From Chloroflexota bacterium (GTDB lineage Bacteria > Chloroflexota > Limnocylindria > Limnocylindrales > Limnocylindraceae), in assembly GCA_038145565.1 (NCBI GenBank), contig JAYQPX010000004.1, positions 1 to 54,304 on the forward strand: a stretch of DNA of 54,304 bases, in the 5' to 3' direction. The notes beneath the pieces were generated by a model. The model worked only from the letters and a program-made list of their open reading frames with translations. It had not been told where the DNA came from and made no database searches. The position numbers and the translations under genes are program-made. The stretch's first letter is position 1. Each line of letters starts with the position of its first letter. Shown here one piece after another: positions 45,502 through 53,097 of this stretch.

Positions 45502-46443
45502 ATGAAGATCGGCATCGTCGTTGAGGGCCAGATGGGACTCACCTATGCGCAGCAACTCGCAATCGCGACGCGCGCTGAGTCACTCGGCTTCGATGCCTTC
45601 TATCGCACCGATCACTATGAATCCTTCCCAGGTCCCGCAGACCAGGCGACGAGCGACGCATGGAGCGTCCTTGCGGGAATTTCGCGCGAGACCTCGCGCA
45701 TCACACTCGGCACGCTGGTGAGTCCAGTGACCTTTCGCTACCCAGGCGAGTACGCGAAAGTCGTCGCCACCGTTCAGGAGATGGCAGGACGGCGCATGCA
45801 CGCAGGCATTGGTGCTGGCTGGCACGAGTCGGAGCATCGCCGGTACGGATTCCAGTTCCCAGAGATGCAAGTCCGGGCGGCGATGCTCGAGGAGCAGCTC
45901 AGCATTGTGCGCGGCCTCTGGTCAGGCCCTGACGGTTGGTCGTTTGACGGAAGGCACTATCAAATCAGCGACGCACTATTCCGGCCGAAGCCAGATCCCG
46001 TGCCGTGGGTGATCACTGGCGGCGAGGGTTCGCCGCGCGGCATGCGCATCGCCGCAGCGCACGCTGACGAGTTCAATTTGACCTCATCAACGCCGCAAAC
46101 AGCGCGCGAGAAGTTTGCGGCGCTTGACGCAACCTGCACCGCCGCTGGACGCAATCCCGCAACGCTCGTGCGATCGGCGATGAGTGGACTCCTCATTGGC
46201 CGGAGCCGCGCCGACTATCTGGCTGGCGTTAGCCGCTTCATGGAGCGGATCGGAGGGGCTGGGGACCCAGAGGAGTATCTTGCGCCGCGACGTCCGCGCT
46301 GGGTCACAGGGACGCCAGACGAGGCGGCGACCCAGATGCGCGCCTTCCGCGACGCTGGTGCGCAGCGCCTGTTGCTGCAGCACTTCCTGCCACTGGAACT
46401 TGAGCCGCTCGAAGTGCTCGCCGAGATCCGCGACACGCTTTAG
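45502..46443 (+). CDS. luciferase-like monooxygenase (LLM) family oxidoreductase, probably F420-dependent
   Basis: YRTDHY, DAWSVLAG, LGTLVSPVTFRYPG and GIGAGWHESE motifs. Confidence 0.88.
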   Translation: MKIGIVVEGQMGLTYAQQLAIATRAESLGFDAFYRTDHYESFPGPADQATSDAWSVLAGISRETSRITLGTLVSPVTFRYPGEYAKVVATVQEMAGRRMHAGIGAGWHESEHRRYGFQFPEMQVRAAMLEEQLSIVRGLWSGPDGWSFDGRHYQISDALFRPKPDPVPWVITGGEGSPRGMRIAAAHADEFNLTSSTPQTAREKFAALDATCTAAGRNPATLVRSAMSGLLIGRSRADYLAGVSRFMERIGGAGDPEEYLAPRRPRWVTGTPDEAATQMRAFRDAGAQRLLLQHFLPLELEPLEVLAEIRDTL

Positions 46444-46808
46444 CGCACGAAGCCGCGCCGCCCAGCGGGTCCGGTGCGGAAGATGACAAGACCCCGAAGG
46501 GCGCTGAGTGGGACGGGTCCACCGTGACGTGAGTCACTCGAAGCGGCCGCATTGTCACCGAGGAGCCAGAGCGCATCTGATTGGTGCGGCGCGCTCTTCA
46601 GCGCGCTACTCGGCGAGCGGGCGACGCGCTTCACGTCGAGTCGCCCCTCACGTTCGGCGATCACGATGCTCCCGATGTGCGGCGCGCGGCGCAGCCAGGG
46701 GAGGCCGTTGGGTCCGGCGGGAAGTACAAGGAGTGAGTCGCCCGGCAGGAGCGCCGGCGCCATGGAGTTCTCTGCAACGACCGCGCGCCAGATTCGGCGC
46801 GCGGTCAT
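46440..46808 (-). CDS. sodX: nickel-SOD maturation protease (S26 family)
   Basis: Ser/Lys dyad motifs SMAPALLPGD and VKRV, LGDN..SSDSR; directly downstream of sodN. Confidence 0.85.
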   Translation of the reverse strand: MTARRIWRAVVAENSMAPALLPGDSLLVLPAGPNGLPWLRRAPHIGSIVIAEREGRLDVKRVARSPSSALKSAPHQSDALWLLGDNAAASSDSRHGGPVPLSALRGLVIFRTGPAGRRGFVR

Positions 46809-46826
46809 CGCCACGTGTTGATCTCG

Positions 46827-47258
46827 CTACGCCTTGGAGGCGGCGAAGGACTTCGCGAACGCTTCGGTTGCTGCAACCAGCTCTGCGGCGGCTGCTGCGT
46901 CAACGCTCTGCTTGTTCTTCGAGGCGAGCTTCAGGAGCTTCCAGACCTGATCATGGAGATCTGGCACCTTTGCGAGGTGCTCCGGCTTGAAGTAGTCGGA
47001 CCAGATGACCTGAACCTCGCGCTTCACCAGTTCCGCATGCTCCTCCTTCACAGCGATGCAGCGGGCAACCTTGTTGCGGCCAGCGTGATCGGCAGGCCCG
47101 CCAATCTCTGTGGTCGTGATCAGTTCCACCATGCGTGCCACGGTCTTCGCTGCGAGCACCGCGCCAGCCGGATCGTAGATCCCGCATGGAATATCGCAGT
47201 GCGCGTGAACGGTGACGGGAGTGAGTGCAGACCGAATATTCTCGAGAGTGTTGCGCAT
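46827..47258 (-). CDS. sodN: nickel superoxide dismutase precursor
   Basis: 19-aa propeptide ending VHA followed by the Ni-hook HCDIPCGIYDP; KEEHA and IWSDYFK motifs. GGAGG RBS. Confidence 0.97.
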   Translation of the reverse strand: MRNTLENIRSALTPVTVHAHCDIPCGIYDPAGAVLAAKTVARMVELITTTEIGGPADHAGRNKVARCIAVKEEHAELVKREVQVIWSDYFKPEHLAKVPDLHDQVWKLLKLASKNKQSVDAAAAAELVAATEAFAKSFAASKA

Positions 47259-47266
47259 GTTCCCTC

Positions 47267-47614
47267 CTACTTTACAAATACGGCGATCGCCACATTGGTG
47301 ATCGCGAGAATTCCCGCTGCGTGGTAGGTGCCTGCTGGAATCTCTTGATCGCGTCGTCGAGGCCAAGTGATCAGCGCGAGCACCACAACAATGGCGAGCT
47401 TGATCCCAACCTTGGCGTGGTTCACTGGCTCATCACCCATCGCCTCCGCAATCCCAACGAGCAGAACGCCCGTGAGGAGCTGCAGCAGGGTGCCGTGCAC
47501 CATTCCGGCTGAGAGGCGCTTCGGCACGTTGCGAAGGCCAGCGAAGTAGCCACCCACAATCGCCGCCATCCCGAGCAGATGAGCAAAGACGAGAACTCCC
47601 TCTAGCGCCTCCAT
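47267..47614 (-). CDS. 115-aa His-containing 4-TM membrane protein
   Basis: GGAGG RBS before ATG 47614; four hydrophobic helices each with a His; its stop overlaps the sodN RBS. Confidence 0.82.
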   Translation of the reverse strand: MEALEGVLVFAHLLGMAAIVGGYFAGLRNVPKRLSAGMVHGTLLQLLTGVLLVGIAEAMGDEPVNHAKVGIKLAIVVVLALITWPRRRDQEIPAGTYHAAGILAITNVAIAVFVK

Positions 47615-47722
47615 CAGAACCTCCTCTGTCTCACGGCGCCAACGCGCCTCCCTACTAAGGTAGCCGACTCGTGGCGCGGCGGGTCCCTCCGCACGCCGCG
47701 GTCGGCGTGTAGGGTTGCGGAG

Positions 47723-48499
47723 ATGGATGAGCGGAAGGTTCGGGCGTACAGCAGCTACAGCCGTGACGCGCTGACTCCGCCCGACTGCGGGGAAGGAGTA
47801 GCCTGGCTCGGAAGAGCACCGTGGGCGAAGGCGAGTCCGGCCTACCGGCTTCTGCGCTTCTCCATGCGATCCGTCGGCTGGATCTTTGGACTGCGCGTGC
47901 ACGCATACGGGCTTGATCGGCTCGAGCACTCAGGGCCGCGCATTCTCGTCGGCGCACCGCACCGTCGCTACTACGAAGCCTTCGCCCTAGGCATTGCCGC
48001 GCCAGCGCAACCGCGCATCTGGTGGCTCGGTCTCGGGCCGTTCATTGTCGGTCGAGGGCGCGTCCGTGCAGGAATCCTGCGCAGGCTCGGCGGACTCCTT
48101 CCAGTCTGGAGAGGTTCGAGTGGCATTGAAACGCACCTCGCCGCCGCGACAGCAGTGTTTCGCGCGGGCGCTCATTACGCCGTCATGCCAGAGGGTGGCA
48201 CGAGCGGTCCCACAGATCGATTCGCAGAGTTTCGCCCCGGCGCTGCTGTGATTGGAATTCGCACGGGCGTCCCTGTCGTACCAATCGTCTTCCGCTTTCA
48301 CAATCGCCGGATTGGCCTCCCCCGCATCGAGGTCATCGGCCTCCCAGACGTCAGCGTTTTAGAGGCAGGAGCCAAACCTCCGGCGCCAGGGTCCCGAGAA
48401 GAGTTGACGCTCGCGGCAGCCTGGAGCGATGCGCTCGCGGATCGGATGGAGCGCGTCTGGCGTGAGGGGGTCAGTGAAGGGATAAGATCGGCGGCATGA
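47723..48499 (+). CDS. lysophospholipid acyltransferase (PlsC family)
   Basis: Block I PHRRYYE (HX4E), block III MPEGG, FRPGAAVIG and VPVVPI motifs. Confidence 0.8.
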   Translation: MDERKVRAYSSYSRDALTPPDCGEGVAWLGRAPWAKASPAYRLLRFSMRSVGWIFGLRVHAYGLDRLEHSGPRILVGAPHRRYYEAFALGIAAPAQPRIWWLGLGPFIVGRGRVRAGILRRLGGLLPVWRGSSGIETHLAAATAVFRAGAHYAVMPEGGTSGPTDRFAEFRPGAAVIGIRTGVPVVPIVFRFHNRRIGLPRIEVIGLPDVSVLEAGAKPPAPGSREELTLAAAWSDALADRMERVWREGVSEGIRSAA

Positions 48500-49299
48500 G
48501 CGGCGCACAGGTTTGTCCATTTCTTGCCATCGCAACAGATTCCAGCAAGCGCCTCTCCACCCCGCACATCACGCATGCCTGCTTCGCTCAACGCCCTGCG
48601 CAACCGATCGAACTTGGGCATCAGGGGGGCTACTGCCTCAACGCCACATTCACCTCGTGTCCTGCATTCGTTGCGTGGGCGGCTCGCGAGGCGGCGCAGC
48701 CACTCGCGACAGCGGCGCCACTCCCAACGGAAGAGCTCGCCGCCGCGTCTCGAGGTGATGAGGGCCTTGTGGCGCAGCACCCGGATGACGGCACCATCTG
48801 GTCAACGACGGGCCGTGCCGCTACGCCGGATGTGGAAGTTGACGATGAACGCGCGCGTGTGCTCCCGCTGCATCGTCGGAGGAGCGTTGAAGATGAGTTG
48901 CCAAAAGCGCTGATCCGTCTCCCGCGCGCGCTCAGCAGCCTGCGCAGTTTCGCCGCGTTTGTGGTGTTGTTTGGCGTGATCCTCTTCGCAACGCCATCCA
49001 TTTTGAAGTGGTCGCAAAACCTGTTGAGCGGAGTTGGCCAAGAAGCCTCACCAAGCGCAACCGCCACGCCAGAGGAGAGCACTTCACCAACGCCGACTCC
49101 AACACCCGCGCCAGTGATCCATGTGGTGAAGCGCGGCGACACCCTCTACGCGATCAGTCAGGAATACAAGGTGAGCATTGAAGTGATCCTTGGCGCGAAT
49201 CCACAGGTTGGAAACCCTGACAATCTGAAGATCGGGGAGCAACTGCTGATTCCGAACGTTCTCCCGAACGTGGAGATCTCGCCGACCCCCTCGCCGTAA
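48496..49299 (+). CDS. bitopic LysM protein with an N-terminal Cys/His-rich domain
   Basis: VCPFL...HAC...HQGGYCL...SCP, one TM, Pro/Thr linker, then LysM HVVKRGDTLYAIS...NLKIGEQLLIP. Confidence 0.88.
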   Translation: MSGAQVCPFLAIATDSSKRLSTPHITHACFAQRPAQPIELGHQGGYCLNATFTSCPAFVAWAAREAAQPLATAAPLPTEELAAASRGDEGLVAQHPDDGTIWSTTGRAATPDVEVDDERARVLPLHRRRSVEDELPKALIRLPRALSSLRSFAAFVVLFGVILFATPSILKWSQNLLSGVGQEASPSATATPEESTSPTPTPTPAPVIHVVKRGDTLYAISQEYKVSIEVILGANPQVGNPDNLKIGEQLLIPNVLPNVEISPTPSP

Positions 49300-49312
49300 C
49301 AGAACGCTGGCG

Positions 49313-49648
49313 CTACCCCTTTGCGGGGGAGAGATTGATCGAGGTGATCTTTCCGGCTTCAACCTTGATCGTGGCGTCTAGCTTGTGACTCTTTGCACCA
49401 GGACGGACCACGAGGATGTCGCACTCCACCTGGTGTCCCGTGTCTTTGATGTCGCCTGGAATCATGCGCAAGCCCTTGTCTGCGCGGAGGAACCAACCGC
49501 CAACGCGCTCAAGACCTTTGAGCATCTGCACCCCTTCGCCAACATGGATGCGCATCTCCACACGCTCCTCCATGAGTTTCAGCGCTTCGTCACGGCTGTC
49601 CGCGTTCAGCAGTTCAAAGAAGGCGTCGGTTGTGTCTTGTGCACCCAT
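49313..49648 (-). CDS. hypothetical protein (possible SnoaL/NTF2-like fold)
   Basis: TACCAT-N6-ATG start; alpha-then-beta pattern. Confidence 0.65.
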   Translation of the reverse strand: MGAQDTTDAFFELLNADSRDEALKLMEERVEMRIHVGEGVQMLKGLERVGGWFLRADKGLRMIPGDIKDTGHQVECDILVVRPGAKSHKLDATIKVEAGKITSINLSPAKG

Positions 49649-49670
49649 GCGCTGATGGTACCCTGCCGCG

Positions 49671-51455
49671 ATGAACTCTGATCGGCTCGACGCAGCGGGA
49701 CTTCTCGCTCGCTACGCCGCCTTGCACCCCGTTGCCGCAACAGCCACCGGCATTCACGATCACGACGGGGAGTGGGACCGCTTCGGCGCCGCGGCTGATG
49801 CACGCGTGCTGGCATGGGTGGATGATGAGACTGCGCGCCTTCGGGGGATCCCTGAGGGAGCGCTTGATCGAGACGATCTCGCCGATCGCGACCTCGCACT
49901 GGCCACACTCGCGGGGATTCGCTTTGAACGCACGGAGATACGCACCACGGCCTGGGACCCACTGAACATTGTGGCGACCGTGGGCGGCGGACTCTTCCCG
50001 TTGATCGCACGAACGTTCGGGAGTCGCGAGCAGCGCGCACGTGATCTTGCCGCACGCCTCAACGGAATCCCGCGGTTGCTCGACGAAGCGGTGGACGCAC
50101 TTGTCGGCGTGCCAGAGTTGAGCGTTCCCGCAGACGATGGAGCACCGAGGCGACCTGGCGCGACTGCGCGGAGTGGCACGCTGACGCTACCGCCACGACC
50201 AGTCAGCCGGCTGCACAGTGAGACGGCAATTGCACAGGCGGAGGGTATTGCAGAGCTCGCCGAGATGGGGGTCGAAACATACGGAGAGGTGCTGCGTGCA
50301 CCGGCTGATGTGGCACGTGCGGCGGCGGCGCGGTTCATTCAGCGGTTGAAGGACGAAGTGTTGCCGCGGAGTGAGGATGAGGGCCGCTACGGTGCCGCTC
50401 GGTACGACCGCGCGCTTCGACACACGTTGTTTGGTTCGCATGACCGCGCCGCAGTCGGTGCCGCCGCGGCTGAGGAGTTCACCGCCGTACGCGAACGGAT
50501 GATCAGCATTGCGCGAGAGATCGCACCGCAGTGGATTGGCGATGAGGCGTCGCGCCTTGCGGATAGGCCGCATGAGCTTGTGGCACAGGTCTTACATGCG
50601 ATCGGTGGCGAACACTGTGCCGCGGCGGATCTACTCGAACGTTGCCGAGAGGAGACGGCGCGCTGTGAGGCCTTCGTGATGCGCACAGGGCTGATCGACC
50701 TCCCGAAGGAGCCGCTGCAGATCACCTGGACCCCACGCTTCTTGCGTGCGTACGGCGGCGCATTCCTCGATTCTCCAGGGCCGCTGGATAAGGGCGAGAT
50801 GAGCTTCTTCTACGTGACGCCACCACCGGATGACGCCACACCCGCGCAGGTGGAGTCCATGCTTCGCGAAGACAACGATCGGATGCTCGCCCTCCTCGCC
50901 ATTCACGAGGCGATCCCTGGTCACTACTTGCAACTCGCTTCGGCGAACGAGACCGACCGCCCGCTGCGTGCTGCGTTCGGCTCCGGAGTGTTCGCCGAAG
51001 GCTGGGCTGTCTATGTGACGCAGGTGATGCTCGATGAGGGGTTCGGCGACGGTGACAAGGCGCTTGAGTTGGTTCACTGGAAGTTCTATCTCCGCTGCGT
51101 CGCGAATGCGCTCCTTGATGTTGGCATCCACGCGGATGGGCGCGATGAGGCTTGGGCGCTCAACCTGATGGTGGGGGAGTCGTGGCAGGAAGAGTCGGAG
51201 GCCAAGGCGAAGTACCTCCGCGCGCGCCTCACCGCAACGCAACTTCCTACCTACTTCATTGGCTCTGTTGGCTGCTGGGAGCTTGAAGATCGCGCGCGCG
51301 CCACAGTGAGCGGCATCTCAGTTGGAAACCCGGGCCTTCCAGGAAACCGCCCCGCAACCGCTGGGTTCAGTCGCCCCGCGCACCTGCGCGCGATGCTGCA
51401 ACACGGTACGCCACCGATCCCACTCCTTGAGCGCCTGATGGGCGCGAACGAGTAA
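49671..51455 (+). CDS. DUF885 family protein (putative metallopeptidase)
   Basis: HEAIPGHYLQ and FAEGWAVY motifs; Q..TYFIG C-terminal motif. Confidence 0.88.
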   Translation: MNSDRLDAAGLLARYAALHPVAATATGIHDHDGEWDRFGAAADARVLAWVDDETARLRGIPEGALDRDDLADRDLALATLAGIRFERTEIRTTAWDPLNIVATVGGGLFPLIARTFGSREQRARDLAARLNGIPRLLDEAVDALVGVPELSVPADDGAPRRPGATARSGTLTLPPRPVSRLHSETAIAQAEGIAELAEMGVETYGEVLRAPADVARAAAARFIQRLKDEVLPRSEDEGRYGAARYDRALRHTLFGSHDRAAVGAAAAEEFTAVRERMISIAREIAPQWIGDEASRLADRPHELVAQVLHAIGGEHCAAADLLERCREETARCEAFVMRTGLIDLPKEPLQITWTPRFLRAYGGAFLDSPGPLDKGEMSFFYVTPPPDDATPAQVESMLREDNDRMLALLAIHEAIPGHYLQLASANETDRPLRAAFGSGVFAEGWAVYVTQVMLDEGFGDGDKALELVHWKFYLRCVANALLDVGIHADGRDEAWALNLMVGESWQEESEAKAKYLRARLTATQLPTYFIGSVGCWELEDRARATVSGISVGNPGLPGNRPATAGFSRPAHLRAMLQHGTPPIPLLERLMGANE

Positions 51456-51494
51456 ACGCGCGTCATACTACACGCGAGTCAGGCTACCTGCGCG

Positions 51495-52868
51495 TCAGCG
51501 CGGCGGTCGAGCGGGTCGTCCGTCTCCCTCTGGCTCTGCACCCGGTGCGGAGAGCGCCGCGGTTGCTGCAGCCGAGTAGGCCACATCCGTTGGGCTCGAC
51601 GAACCTTTGACGGTGACTGACTGCGCACCCGTTGGTGGTTGCGCAGTTGCCGGGAGGATTGAGCGGCCAGGGAGGCGATGCTCGAGCTTCACCGTCACGT
51701 CGTAGTCCTCACAGATATCAAGGAATGGATCTGGATCGAACGCGTCAGGCGACTTCACGCCCGCGCCACCCCAGACTCCTTCCGCAATCAACTCCATCGC
51801 CATGATCGGCATGACGCCGGTCTGCCAGGCGACCGGTTGCAGGTTGTATCGACCCATCGTCTCTGCCGCGTCACAGACTTGGTAATGGAACGTTTCGCGT
51901 GGGCGGCCATCCTTGGTGCCGCTGACGAGCGCACCGACGATGGCGCGTCCCACCATGTTCTTGCCGAGCGTTGCGGGATCTGGTGAGAGCGCGCCGATCA
52001 CGTCACGGGGCGCAACCTTCGTCCCCTTCACGTTGATCGGCTCCTTGCCATCAAGGCCGAGGCGGTGCAACAGCTGCAGCGTCTCAATGAAGTCGGCGCC
52101 GAGCGCGTACTTGAAGGTGATCAGATCTGCCTTCATCGTGCGCGGCAGCTGCACCACCTCTTCGTGCTCAACATTGACGCACATCACGGGGCCAACGCCC
52201 TCAGGAAAGACGAAGTCCTCTGGTTCGCTGAATGGTGCGCGCACTTCAACCTTCCCGTTGCGCCAGACGATTGGCGGGTTCAGGCACTCCTCGATGACGG
52301 TCCAGAGGCTGAAGACGGTTGCGAACGGATAGCCTTCGATGCGCAGGTCACCGCCGTCGCGGATGTGCACGGCGCTCACGTCATCAAACGTCCACTTCTT
52401 CGCGTATGCCGCAAAGATGTTGGAGAGGCCTGGGTCCATCCCCATGCCGATCAGCGCGACCTTCCCCTTCGCCTCCCAGAGGCCGCTCTTCGCCACCTGG
52501 TAGTCGCCGAGCATTTCGCCGGGGACGGTGTACGGATTCTGCTTATCGGGCACCGAGAGGCTTGTGGCCATGTCGATGTAGTGCACGCCAGCCTCAAGCG
52601 CCGCATCGAAGATCGCAGGCACGAAGCGCGGATCCACGGCGTTGAGCACCAGGTCGGCCTTTGAGGCAACGATCAGCTCCTTGAGCTGCTGCGCGTTCCC
52701 CGCGTCAACTTGCGCCACGTCGTATCCAGCGCCTACGGCGTCTGCCACGGTGCGCGCTCGGTCGAGTGAGTAGTCGGCGAGGGTCATCTTGCCGAGCCAC
52801 TTGCGCCCTTTCACGAGGTGGGCGATCGCCTCTCCGACCGTGCCGGTACCAACCAACAAAACGTTCAT
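51495..52868 (-). CDS. saccharopine dehydrogenase family protein (carboxy(nor)spermidine/homospermidine synthase-like)
   Basis: GTGTVG Rossmann motif, NAVDPRF, YIDMA, GMGMDPG, EECLNPP and EHEEV motifs. Confidence 0.85.
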   Translation of the reverse strand: MNVLLVGTGTVGEAIAHLVKGRKWLGKMTLADYSLDRARTVADAVGAGYDVAQVDAGNAQQLKELIVASKADLVLNAVDPRFVPAIFDAALEAGVHYIDMATSLSVPDKQNPYTVPGEMLGDYQVAKSGLWEAKGKVALIGMGMDPGLSNIFAAYAKKWTFDDVSAVHIRDGGDLRIEGYPFATVFSLWTVIEECLNPPIVWRNGKVEVRAPFSEPEDFVFPEGVGPVMCVNVEHEEVVQLPRTMKADLITFKYALGADFIETLQLLHRLGLDGKEPINVKGTKVAPRDVIGALSPDPATLGKNMVGRAIVGALVSGTKDGRPRETFHYQVCDAAETMGRYNLQPVAWQTGVMPIMAMELIAEGVWGGAGVKSPDAFDPDPFLDICEDYDVTVKLEHRLPGRSILPATAQPPTGAQSVTVKGSSSPTDVAYSAAATAALSAPGAEPEGDGRPARPPR

Positions 52869-52960
52869 AAACGTCCAGACCTTTCCCGCAGGGGCCCAGT
52901 TTGCCGGGCTGCACCTGCACCAGGGGAGACCGCTGAGGCCTCAACCCAGTAACTTCCCCC

Positions 52961-52991
52961 AGCCTACGCCTCCCCCCTGGGGGGTCGTCAA
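52961..52991 (-). promoter_or_regulatory. sigma70-type promoter TTGACG-N19-TAGGCT with a C6-A-G6 dyad in the spacer
   Basis: -35 at 52991-52986, -10 at 52966-52961, 19-bp spacer, dyad at 52972-52984. Confidence 0.55.
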
Positions 52992-53043
52992 ACGCAACAG
53001 TTTTGTGCGGGATTCTTAACATCGCATGGAAAAGTGCACGCGG

Positions 53044-53049
53044 TACAAT
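53044..53049 (+). promoter_or_regulatory. -10 element TACAAT of lemA-htpX
   Basis: Near-consensus hexamer about 50 nt upstream of the lemA GTG; AGGAGG RBS at 53088-53093. Confidence 0.55.
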
Positions 53050-53097
53050 CAGAACAGCGCACGGTTTCGTGCACCACCGTTCACATTAGGAGGACTC

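Noticed and set aside
46827-47266. Streptomyces-type antisense control of sodN by the sodF 3' RNA
   Set aside because: No sodF or complementary segment was found in the window, and sodN is an internal gene without its own 5' UTR; this cannot be assessed here.
43749-47603. 15-nt repeat ACGAGAACTCCCTCT (43749-43763 and 47589-47603)
   Set aside because: Both copies lie in coding sequence, and about one such repeat is expected by chance at this window size.
51495-51670. Low-complexity C-terminal tail of about 55 aa on the saccharopine dehydrogenase family protein (possible frameshift or read-through)
   Set aside because: The frame is continuous with no slippery site seen; similar Ala/Pro tails occur on ilvB and leuA here, so it looks like a lineage trait.
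52921-52955. TPP-riboswitch-like 5' half (GGGGAG...GCTGAG...ACCC) on the plus strand
   Set aside because: The CTGATC...GCGTAGGGA 3' half is missing on that strand, and it lies upstream of the lemA promoter.
53034-53074. GTGCACG-N27-CGTGCAC inverted repeat around the lemA -10
   Set aside because: The core is a self-palindromic hexamer with short arms and a long spacer; too weak without conservation data.
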